Of a stretch of DNA of 44,825 bases, positions 1 to 8,635 are shown one piece after another. A model generated the notes under the pieces. The model did no database searches, was not told where the DNA came from, and saw only the letters and a list, made by a program, of their open reading frames with translations. The stretch comes from a virus. Taxonomy: Duplodnaviria > Caudoviricetes. How positions within the stretch are numbered: position 1 is the stretch's first letter; every line of letters starts with the position of its first letter. The stretch spans positions 1 through 44,825 of the IMG/VR virus record IMGVR_UViG_3300048856_000103. One strand, 5' to 3'. A program made the translations under genes and the position numbers.

Positions 1-1233
1 ATGAAAAATTATATATCACACATTAAAGCCTTAATACCCAACTCCGAAAGAGAGGCTGTGATAAATTTAGACAGCCTCAACCTTATAATTACCGGCGCTA
101 ATGGTTGCGGAAAGACTCAATTCATCAATCATCTTTATAATTATCTAACACAGCGCATAGTTCACAGACAGAATATTGACATAGAGCAAACCCGGTCACA
201 AATTTCAATGTATGAAGAAGCTTTAAGAAGCATAACCAAGGCAGATGCAAGTTATCAATCATACGTCTCCACCATTGAAACATTTAAGAATCAACTAAAG
301 CTTGCTACTGAGCCACCGCTTACAGTCAGCAATATTGAGCAATTTACAATTGACTACCACGACAACCTCGCTATTCTTATAAAATTCGACGCGACCCGAC
401 AAGCAAACATCAGAGCGGCGGACTCGTCCAGAAGCTCGGAAACGTTAAAGCAAGAGTCAATTCAACTCGCCGACACTGGATCTTTGTTCGAAGAATATCT
501 TGTTAGTCAAAAAACGGCACAGGCATATGCTGAGTCGCCAAATATTGACAATAAGCCCACAGAAGCGAAAAAAATCTCGGACTGGTTTACAAAATTACAG
601 CACGACCTTCAAGAACTTTTCGAAGATCCATCTTTAATTCTTATATTTGATTCATCATCACAAAGCTTTTATATAAAACAAGACAATAAATCAAAGTACA
701 GATTCCAACAACTATCTTCGGGCTTTTCATCCATATTAGCTATTTACGCTAATCTCCTGACGAAGATACAACTTCGCGCGACTACCCCTGAAGAGCTATA
801 TGGCATAGTATTCATTGACGAGATAGACGCACATCTCCATGTTTCTTTACAGCGGAAGATTCTATCTTTTCTCGTTAAAGCTTTCCCCAGAGTCCAATTT
901 ATTGTGTCAACGCATTCTCCCTTTGTTGTTTCTTCGGTCAGCAATGCAGTGATATACGATTTATCAACGCTCGAACAGGTTGAAGACCTGTCTATGTACT
1001 CATACGAAGCGATTTTATCTGGCTTATTCAATGTTCTTCCGGTCTCTGAAGTTCTCAAAGAAAAAATTATAACTCTAGGCGAAATGTTAAGCTCCCCGGC
1101 TACTCATTTAGATAAAATGGAATCCCTAGTACTAGAAATCGGAGAGCATGAGAATGTTCTAGACAGCGAGTCCGCTACATTTTTGAAAAGAGCCAAAATA
1201 CAGGTCAACAAGCTTCATAACAAGGAAGTATGA
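1..1233 (+). CDS. ptuA: ABC-type AAA ATPase, Septu PtuA-like
   Basis: Walker A GANGCGKT, signature LSSGF, Walker B FIDEID, H-loop STHSP; low GC; overlaps the HNH gene (ATGA). Confidence 0.75.
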   Translation: MKNYISHIKALIPNSEREAVINLDSLNLIITGANGCGKTQFINHLYNYLTQRIVHRQNIDIEQTRSQISMYEEALRSITKADASYQSYVSTIETFKNQLKLATEPPLTVSNIEQFTIDYHDNLAILIKFDATRQANIRAADSSRSSETLKQESIQLADTGSLFEEYLVSQKTAQAYAESPNIDNKPTEAKKISDWFTKLQHDLQELFEDPSLILIFDSSSQSFYIKQDNKSKYRFQQLSSGFSSILAIYANLLTKIQLRATTPEELYGIVFIDEIDAHLHVSLQRKILSFLVKAFPRVQFIVSTHSPFVVSSVSNAVIYDLSTLEQVEDLSMYSYEAILSGLFNVLPVSEVLKEKIITLGEMLSSPATHLDKMESLVLEIGEHENVLDSESATFLKRAKIQVNKLHNKEV

Positions 1234-1892
1234 TGTTCAACACCACCAGACCGCCGGAAATACCACCCTCCTTAAATTCCAAGCAAAGATATGACGGAGA
1301 AGATGTTTACAGCAAGCTTAGTGATATCTTTTTTGATAAGTGTTATATCTGCGAAACAAAGGAACCACACGATATCAACGTGGAGCATTTTGACGCCCAT
1401 CAAAATGACGTTAATAAAAAATTTGACTGGCATAACTTATATCTGGCATGCAGCCGCTGCAACAACATAAAAAATGCGTTTTATAATAACATCTTAGATT
1501 GCTGCGACCCTACACAAGATGTTTTCCGAGCTATCAAGCACCTACCTGCCGCGACTCCTTTCGCCAAGTCCGTACAGATCATCTTAGTTCTAGACGACGA
1601 AAAAACACGATCGACTTGCAAGCTATTAGATAAAGTCTATAACAGCGAACACACCATTAACAAAAAAGTATCAGGATCATTCCTCCGGAGAAAGATCTTT
1701 GACCAATATAACTTACTGCTTGACCAAATAAATAATTACTATGGACCGACCGCAACCGAAGCTGAAAAGGAGCTGGCGATCCAAAAAATCCAGGTATTGA
1801 TTCAGAGGAAAGCACCGTACTCGGCATTCATTAGATGGTGCATAATCGAAGATGAGAAGCTTGGGCCCATGCTGAGTGAGCTAATGGACTGA
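1230..1892 (+). CDS. ptuB: HNH endonuclease, Septu PtuB-like
   Basis: CYICE...VEHF...WHNLYLACSRCNNIK HNH/Zn motif; translationally coupled to the ATPase. Confidence 0.75.
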   Translation: MMFNTTRPPEIPPSLNSKQRYDGEDVYSKLSDIFFDKCYICETKEPHDINVEHFDAHQNDVNKKFDWHNLYLACSRCNNIKNAFYNNILDCCDPTQDVFRAIKHLPAATPFAKSVQIILVLDDEKTRSTCKLLDKVYNSEHTINKKVSGSFLRRKIFDQYNLLLDQINNYYGPTATEAEKELAIQKIQVLIQRKAPYSAFIRWCIIEDEKLGPMLSELMD

Positions 1893-2058
1893 TGAATCAT
1901 GAGTCAATAAATCGATGCTTACTTCAATGCATCGTTAGAAATACATGCGCGTCAATTACCCTCACTCGAAGGAACTGATGTCGCATGATGCTACATTGCG
2001 AATTTTCGGGAAGCGCACAATGCAATGTCAAGATGAGCGTTAGCTAGTTTCGTTGCCG

Positions 2059-2545
2059 TTATTTATCCAGAACCGCCCAAAGCTGTTCTATCCGCGTTGT
2101 ATAGGTGCTACTCATTAGCGTCCTTTTCATTTTCCACTCTGGGTCTGCAGGCGCGCTACCAGCCCGCAATGTACCCCTACCCCACTTCTCATTAATCTCA
2201 TCCAACACCCCCATCACTTTGTTCGCCGCGATGGGCTGCGAGGCCGCGAACAGATCGTCGGTAAACTCCCCCGGCTGACGCAGATCCATGAGCAACACCT
2301 CGGCCTTGCTGTATTTGAAACCCGGCCGGTACACGCGGTTGACCGCCTTTTTCGCGGCTTTCGTCATCAGCCGCACGTCATTCGTTGGGTACGGCAGCTC
2401 AAACAGCGCGCCGTTGGCGTACTTAGCCTCCTCGGGATTGAACATGCCGGTGCGGATGCTGACGCGAAGCTTGTTTCCAATAGGAGTGTTTGGACCTACG
2501 CTTTTCCGATGCGCGCTGCTTGTAGGTGGCCACCGCTTCTCGATC
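2059..2545 (-). pseudogene. umuC: 3' remnant of Y-family DNA polymerase V subunit UmuC/RulB
   Basis: RVSIRTGMFNP...YSKAEVLL...WGRGTL...YTTR C-terminal motifs; upstream EAVATYKQRASEK lies in another frame; catalytic N-terminus absent. Confidence 0.85.
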
Positions 2546-2995
2546 GCATCCCACCAAGCGCCGAGCATTCCGCTACGGTAGATCCCCTACTCCGCCAGAT
2601 GGGATTCCCAGCAAAGCGGTGTCGTTCATAACACCCCGGATCACCAACTCATGTACTCGGGAGGTCATTAGGTTTATCCGGCATCAGGATGACGGCCAGA
2701 TAGCTCCCGTGCACTGGCTTGCATTTGGCTTGGAGCTGATGGCTGCGTCACGATGGCGCCACGGGCCACATCGAGGCTGCGGTTCCGGGATCGCCAAGCC
2801 ACCGCAGTTCATGCCGGACTGCGAGTATTCTTGCATTGATCTTGACCAGGTGCGTGTGCCACGCAGGAGCCCATCTTGGACGATTTAGTTTCTACACAGA
2901 GCTTACGACCCACTGTCTCGTAGCTGGTCATCGACTGCCAAGCTCCGGTGTAGTAGCTTCGTGCCTCCTTAAGCTCATCGCGTCGGACCAAAAGC

Positions 2996-4330
2996 ATGGA
3001 TGACCAACCAACCGTATTCGAAATTTTCACTCCCGCAACACCGGCCAATTTGACATTCATCGAGCGCGAGGAGATTAATACAAGCCTGGTGAACGCCCTC
3101 AGAACTCCGGGGAAGCAACTGGTGGTGTATGGGCATTCCGGATCCGGCAAGTCGACAATTATAAATAAAAAACTTTTCCAGCTGTATGAAGACCACGTCG
3201 TTTCAAGGTGCATGCAGGGCATGAGCTTTGAGCAGCTAATTCTAGATGCCTTCGACCAGCTAGCACCATTTTATACATCTGAGACAACATCTAAAAAGTC
3301 CACGACGAAAACTGCCTTGCTTGAGGCTACGTACGCCGGCATTAAAAGTCAGCTGGGCGGCAACGCCACCCTAGAAGCTGGGGATAAATCCAACAGAGTT
3401 CTACCCCCACAGCTCACTCTACAAAATCTTGCAAAGCTCATGGGTCAGGCGAAATGCTGCTGGATCTTGGAGGATTTTCATAAAATCAATGAAGAGGATC
3501 GTACGAAGCTATCCCAAGCGATGAAGGTTTTCGTAGATATGGCAGGTGAATATCCTACTTTGAAAATTGTAGCGATCGGGGCTGTGGATTCTGCTAGGCA
3601 AGTGGTTAAGTATGATCAAGAGATGCGTACTAGAGTTGCTGAAATTCACGTCCCTCTGATGGATATTCATAGCTTGCAGAGCATAATAATCAAAGGCTGC
3701 GAACTGATGAATCTAAGATTTGAATCATCATTAACGACAACTATAAGCCATTATGCCGCAGGGCTTCCTTCCATATGCCATACACTTTGCTTAAACATTT
3801 GTTTAGACTTAGGACTAGAGCTACCCAGCGAGACGCTAGTTCCACTTGCTAAAAATGCTCTACAACCCGCGATTAAAATGTACTTAGACGAAGCTTCTGA
3901 CACCCTGAAGCTTGCGTTTGAACACAACCTCAAACAAGTGAAAGTGAAAAAATACAACAACCCGGAGCTGATCATTAAGGCATTGTCAGAACTTCCGCAG
4001 GAAGGAGGGACCCGCGCCGACGTATTCAGACGGATCGTGAAGGATGAGAAGGATTACCCCCAAGGAAATCTGACAAAATATTTAAGGCAAATGTGCAACT
4101 CTGAGTACACGCCGTTAATCAGATTTAGTGAAGACTCAGGTAAATATGCATTCGTCGATCCATTATATAGGGCGTTTGCTATTGCGCTCTACGAGCGATC
4201 CCACGCCCATGCGCGCCCTGAGAAATCTATTGACTGGAACGATGCCATTGCCGAATTTGTGAAAACTTTCAATACAGAGCGGCTCACAAGCAGCATTCAA
4301 TTTCGCACTCCACTGAAAGGAAATAAATAA
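2996..4330 (+). CDS. Stand-alone P-loop ATPase (AAA+/STAND-like) with probable C-terminal winged helix
   Basis: Walker A GHSGSGKS, Walker B ILEDFH, GLP motif (AAGLPS); low GC. Confidence 0.75.
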   Translation: MDDQPTVFEIFTPATPANLTFIEREEINTSLVNALRTPGKQLVVYGHSGSGKSTIINKKLFQLYEDHVVSRCMQGMSFEQLILDAFDQLAPFYTSETTSKKSTTKTALLEATYAGIKSQLGGNATLEAGDKSNRVLPPQLTLQNLAKLMGQAKCCWILEDFHKINEEDRTKLSQAMKVFVDMAGEYPTLKIVAIGAVDSARQVVKYDQEMRTRVAEIHVPLMDIHSLQSIIIKGCELMNLRFESSLTTTISHYAAGLPSICHTLCLNICLDLGLELPSETLVPLAKNALQPAIKMYLDEASDTLKLAFEHNLKQVKVKKYNNPELIIKALSELPQEGGTRADVFRRIVKDEKDYPQGNLTKYLRQMCNSEYTPLIRFSEDSGKYAFVDPLYRAFAIALYERSHAHARPEKSIDWNDAIAEFVKTFNTERLTSSIQFRTPLKGNK

Positions 4331-5063
4331 TGATCCAACTCATTCCTCTTTAAACGCCCTTCATCTGTGCCGCATGGTTAATTTAATTGCTTCCGATACA
4401 TATCACTTGGCGTCGGAAGCGATAATCAGCGCTGATGAGGCCGGATTATCATCCCAACGGTCCTTGTAGCCATATGCTAATCGATATAATAATTAGCGCT
4501 AGCGTTACGTGGCACCCCTGCGCAGTTGGTACAAGACGAGGAATCCACAGGTATTTAACTGCCCCCCAGTTTGATCAGCATCCTATTTCTAGTGGATAAC
4601 CAACCACTTCATGAGCAAGGCCAATTAATTGCCACTGCTGATATATGAAGAAGATAAGAAAGACACCGCCCCAGCTCAGAACAGCCAACCGGCTCCTACA
4701 ACAACGAAGTAGTGTAACCAGATATCTTAAAGAAAGCCTGCCCGCCCCCAGAAATGCCTGACAGTTGCGTCTGATGCGGCTGACAAGCGACTAGGCCGAT
4801 TCGCCTACAGCCTAGCGATTTAGCCGCAATACGGCGTCTGCAATGCGGATGCCGAGCAGCCTGAAACAGCCGTGGTTGGGGGCTTTCATTGAAAGTCGAC
4901 CAGCGACAGAGAGCGCAAGACTGTCAGCCTCGATGCTCGAAGAAGTCGGATCGATATCACCTTGGCCGTCTGTAGGACCGATTGACGAAGGTGATCATTC
5001 CAACAACGCTTGAGGGCAGCCGGGAGAGCGTGTTCTCGCCGCCACCTAATCAAGGAAGGACTT

Positions 5064-5798
5064 ATGAACAGGACCCAAGCGCTTGCACCGAGCAAGATCC
5101 CTTTCCAATCGGCCACGCTGCTTTTGGTGGACTACTCCGACGAGCCATTCGTGCCGATGAGGCCGGTGGTTGAGGGGATCGGGCTGAACTGGAAGAGCCA
5201 GCATGCAAAGCTCACGTCAGGCCGGTTCGCGTCGACCATGGTGGAAATCACCATGGTCGCAGCTGACGGCCGTCAGCGAGCAATGTCGTGTCTGCCGCTC
5301 CGTAAATTGCCAGGCTGGCTAATGACGCTACATCCAGCCAAAGTGCGGCCGGAGATCCGCAGCAAGGTGACGGCTTATCAGCAAGAGTGCGACGACGTGC
5401 TCTGGGCGTACTGGGTGAGTCAGCGCGGCCCACATTCCGCTCAAGAATCTGCACAGCCTTCACTACGAAAGGAATCGGCTGATTTCACCGCCGACTATCT
5501 GGCAGACTGCCGTCGGGCGATTCGCGAGATCGGCGGCACGCCTCCCGCCTGGAGTCTTGCCACAGAACAAAAGGTCGCGTCGGGAATGGCCCACATGCTG
5601 CTGAGAAACAAGCGCTGGCTGGTGACCTTCGGCCAGTCGGGCGATCCTCACCTGCAGGTAGTACCGCACGACGCCGGGGTTTTCACACCAGACAGGATGC
5701 TGAGCTGGATCAGGGAAACTGACGGGGCCTATCAATCGTTTATGCCTGAGCTGCTGAGCGCGATTGGAGATCGGCTGCGCGCAACGAACGACCGATAG
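5064..5798 (+). CDS. Phage antirepressor with P22AR-type N-terminal domain
   Basis: PFVPMRPVVEGIGLNWKSQHAKL...LPGWLMTLHPAKVRPEIR...YQQECDDVLWAYW; RBS AAGGAAGGA before ATG 5064. Confidence 0.85.
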   Translation: MNRTQALAPSKIPFQSATLLLVDYSDEPFVPMRPVVEGIGLNWKSQHAKLTSGRFASTMVEITMVAADGRQRAMSCLPLRKLPGWLMTLHPAKVRPEIRSKVTAYQQECDDVLWAYWVSQRGPHSAQESAQPSLRKESADFTADYLADCRRAIREIGGTPPAWSLATEQKVASGMAHMLLRNKRWLVTFGQSGDPHLQVVPHDAGVFTPDRMLSWIRETDGAYQSFMPELLSAIGDRLRATNDR

Positions 5799-5820
5799 CC
5801 ATAAGGCGGCAGCTTAAGGT

Positions 5821-6618
5821 CTAAAACAGACTGCGCATGACCTCTGGCGTCCAGTTCAACACGACCAGCTCCTTCGACACCTGCGGACACGCATGTCGAT
5901 TATTTGCGGTGCTGTACCGAATGTCCAAGGTTTCAAAGTGGAAGCCCTCGAAGACTCGACGAATGTCAGGATGATCGTTGATGCTGACCATCACTTTGCC
6001 TTTGCAGCGCTTCATGAATTCAGCCATCCGCTCGTAGTTATAGAACTCGAACTCAACACCGTATCCGTTTGTTTGCCAATACGGCGGATCCATGTAGTGG
6101 AAAGTATGAGCACGGTCGTATCGCTCGGCGCACTCAAGCCACGGGAGGTTTTCGATGTAGGTTCCAGAGAGGCGCTGCCAGGCGGCTGATAGTTTCTCTT
6201 CAATTCGTAGCACGTTGATTGCAGGTCCAGTGGTAGCGGTCCCGAATGTCTGGCCAGATACTCGTCCGCCGAAAGCGTGGTGCTGCAGGAAAAAGAAACG
6301 AGCTGCGCGCTGGATGTCAGTGAGGATTTCCGGTCGAGTGTGTTTGTGCCACTCGAATATCTGGCGCGAACTGAGCGCCCACTGAAACTGACGGACAAGT
6401 TCCTCAAGGTGGTTTTGAACAACGCGATACAAATTCACCAGTTCGCCGTTGATGTCGTTGAGTACTTCGACCGGTGCCGGCTGGGGACGCATGAAGAAGA
6501 GTGCGGCGCCACCGGCGAAGACTTCGACGTAGCATTCGTGCGGAGGGAAAAGCGGGATGAGGCGATCAGCGAGACGACGTTTGCCGCCCATCCAAGGAAT
6601 GATGGGAGAGTGATTCAT
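5821..6618 (-). CDS. DNA adenine methyltransferase (D12/Dam class)
   Basis: PWMGGK, EVFAGG, LNDIN and DPPY motifs. Confidence 0.93.
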   Translation of the reverse strand: MNHSPIIPWMGGKRRLADRLIPLFPPHECYVEVFAGGAALFFMRPQPAPVEVLNDINGELVNLYRVVQNHLEELVRQFQWALSSRQIFEWHKHTRPEILTDIQRAARFFFLQHHAFGGRVSGQTFGTATTGPAINVLRIEEKLSAAWQRLSGTYIENLPWLECAERYDRAHTFHYMDPPYWQTNGYGVEFEFYNYERMAEFMKRCKGKVMVSINDHPDIRRVFEGFHFETLDIRYSTANNRHACPQVSKELVVLNWTPEVMRSLF

Positions 6619-6813
6619 TGTGTAAGCAAGCCTTATGAATAGGGGTGACGGGCGCTAGACTCACTTCGCTTTGTGCACGAAGCGGGAGCCTTGGCTGGGC
6701 TTGCAGGGGTATTCTGCGGGTTCGGCGGCCAGTCGGATGGTGGATCATCCGATCTGGCCGCTTCTTTCTAACGTGCCTGACGGAGTCAGGCATCATGTTT
6801 TGGAATTTTGCGC

Positions 6814-7674
6814 ATGAAGCTTTTCAGTTGGAACAGGGAAAAAATAGTCCAAGTTAGAATTACTAACGACACCTTTGCGTTTACTACCCCTGCGGCTGTG
6901 GCGCACGAGCCACCTACCCAGTCCAAGAGCAAGCCGCCGAACTATGAGCTCGGGCTAAAGCTGGCTGCGTTGATAGCGTTAGTACTCAACAGCCTACTGG
7001 CGATCATCGGGTACGTAGACTTCACCGGCAAGCTGGAAACCCTCGGCATAAGCACCAATGAGATCGACCTAGGTCTGCCCACCCTTCTGTTTCAGGGTTA
7101 TCTTGCAATCGTTCTCGATGGCTACACCTACATCGCATCTCACTTTCCGTGGGGCATACTGGGCCTTACCTTCATCCCCTCGTTGTTCTTGTACTTCCCA
7201 GTGTCAAAGCTGCTTAAGTCTCGCAGCCGAATCGATAGCTGGGTATTCTGCCTGCTGCTCACCTTCGGTCTCGTTATCATCTCCATCATCCCGACAATTG
7301 GTTTGAAACGGGGTATTGATTCAGCCTTCTCTACTTTTGAGAAAGAGAATCCGATTGATAGAGGTAACACGATCAAGGGACTTCGGAGGGAGACAACTAT
7401 ACAGACGAAGGAAGGCCCGAAAATCAGTGGTGATACTGTGTTCGCGTCTACCCTCTACACGTACGTGCTGCAACGCGCCGAACTGTACAAGATCGCCAAT
7501 CGTGACAACCATATTGTCAGCGTTACTTTAATTCACCCTGAGGTTAGGTCAGCGCCGAAAGCAGAGGTTGTACCGCCGGCAACTCAGGCTAGTTCTAGCG
7601 AGCAGCTGAAACCGTCCCCGCAAATGCCTGACAAGCCCTCAACGCAATCAACCCCCGATCCCCATCGTCGGTGA
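6814..7674 (+). CDS. Membrane protein moron (about 3 TM helices, Pro/Ser-rich tail)
   Basis: Long ORF with hydrophobic segments, opposite to the late operon; 3' end overlaps Rz; start TTG 6808 or ATG 6814. Confidence 0.7.
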   Translation: MKLFSWNREKIVQVRITNDTFAFTTPAAVAHEPPTQSKSKPPNYELGLKLAALIALVLNSLLAIIGYVDFTGKLETLGISTNEIDLGLPTLLFQGYLAIVLDGYTYIASHFPWGILGLTFIPSLFLYFPVSKLLKSRSRIDSWVFCLLLTFGLVIISIIPTIGLKRGIDSAFSTFEKENPIDRGNTIKGLRRETTIQTKEGPKISGDTVFASTLYTYVLQRAELYKIANRDNHIVSVTLIHPEVRSAPKAEVVPPATQASSSEQLKPSPQMPDKPSTQSTPDPHRR

Positions 7675-8134
7675 TGCCGATAATTCGTTGAGCATGCGCT
7701 GGGTCAAGTTCGGCTCGACGGGTTCCATGAACCACGCTGCCGGCGCCGGTGGTGGTTGGCACTGAACCGTCACCGGAACCGTACGCGGCGAGTAGGACTG
7801 ACAGCCGCAGATCAGCAGTAGCCAGGCGATCATGAAGACGTTTCTGTGTTTGTTGCGCATTGGTCAACTCGCTGTGATGGGTTTGATCGCTGGCCTGCAG
7901 TCGGCGCTCGAGCACCAGTCGTTTCTCCTGCTCCGTCCGTTGAAGCGATGCCCCAGCGAGCGTCAGTTCGTTGAGCGTGTCGCTGTGCAGGCGCGCCTGA
8001 CGCTCAAGCTTCGCGCCGTAACGCCAGTCCTGTATCTGCCAGGTCAGCACTGCGGCCGCACCAGACGTCACAGCGACCAGCGCGATCAGGGCCGACAGCT
8101 TCCAGGCCGCTTTGGGCGCAGGAAGTGGCGTCAT
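7595..8134 (-). CDS. Rz-like inner-membrane spanin
   Basis: N-terminal TM (W-QDWRYG), coiled coil, RAELDPAHAQRII...GLIALRACQ; follows the lysin. Confidence 0.88.
   Translation of the reverse strand: MTPLPAPKAAWKLSALIALVAVTSGAAAVLTWQIQDWRYGAKLERQARLHSDTLNELTLAGASLQRTEQEKRLVLERRLQASDQTHHSELTNAQQTQKRLHDRLATADLRLSVLLAAYGSGDGSVPTTTGAGSVVHGTRRAELDPAHAQRIIGITDDGDRGLIALRACQAFAGTVSAAR
7648..7860 (-). CDS. Rz1-like outer-membrane spanin lipoprotein embedded in Rz
   Basis: Lipobox LLICGC, Pro-rich CQPPPAPAAWFMEP; alternative frame inside Rz. Confidence 0.75.
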   Translation of the reverse strand: MRNKHRNVFMIAWLLLICGCQSYSPRTVPVTVQCQPPPAPAAWFMEPVEPNLTQRMLNELSASPTMGIGG

Positions 8135-8577
8135 GTCAGCGCCCTCCTCACCCCGGCTTCAATCAACTGAGTGGAGTACGGAACGCCCCCGTTCTCGTGC
8201 CTGATGATGGCGGTGACCAAGCCCACCAGAACCGGCAGCGAATGGACATCAAGGGGGGCATCGTGCGCCACCTTTAGGCTGGCGGCCGTCGCGCGGATGT
8301 ACGATTCAGTGTCGTTCTCTGTCCCCGGCGCCCAGCGGTTGATGATCTCCCGGACAGTGTCTATCCCTGACGCCCCGACGTTCGGCATACCGTCCTTGCC
8401 CCGGTAAGCGAGGATCAGTTTCCCGAGTGCGCGGATGCCGTTCTCCGGCGTGTCGAACCGGGCGAAGCGCTTCTCGATCGCCAGATCCGGTGTTAGCTGT
8501 CCTATCCAACGATTGCGGGGGTTGTAGTCAATGTTGCCAGGGTTGTTGTTACGAACCCCTCGGGTGACTGCAGGCAT
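8131..8577 (-). CDS. Putative endolysin (RNNNPGN-motif family, often labelled structural protein P5)
   Basis: RGVRNNNPGNI, FARFDTPENGIRA, WAP..ENDT, IIRHENG; lies directly before Rz/Rz1. Confidence 0.65.
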   Translation of the reverse strand: MPAVTRGVRNNNPGNIDYNPRNRWIGQLTPDLAIEKRFARFDTPENGIRALGKLILAYRGKDGMPNVGASGIDTVREIINRWAPGTENDTESYIRATAASLKVAHDAPLDVHSLPVLVGLVTAIIRHENGGVPYSTQLIEAGVRRALT

Positions 8578-8593
8578 CGATATTCTCCAGACG

Positions 8594-8616
8594 AAAAAAA
8601 ACCGCCCATGGGCGGT
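8594..8616 (-). terminator. Intrinsic terminator after gpD
   Basis: ACCGCC-CATG-GGCGGT stem followed by a T run on the minus strand. Confidence 0.75.
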
Positions 8617-8635
8617 GTGAGATGGCAGTGATTGG

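Noticed and set aside
2526-2888. 120-aa + strand ORF as an SRAP or umuD remnant
   Set aside because: No recognisable motifs or RBS; looks like decayed sequence
4638-4653. CTGATATATGAAGAAG as a LexA box for the antirepressor
   Set aside because: Lacks the CAG half-site and lies about 400 bp from the start
6566-6796. 76-aa ORF as a Mu Com-like activator
   Set aside because: No CxxC zinc-finger pairs; overlaps a hairpin leader
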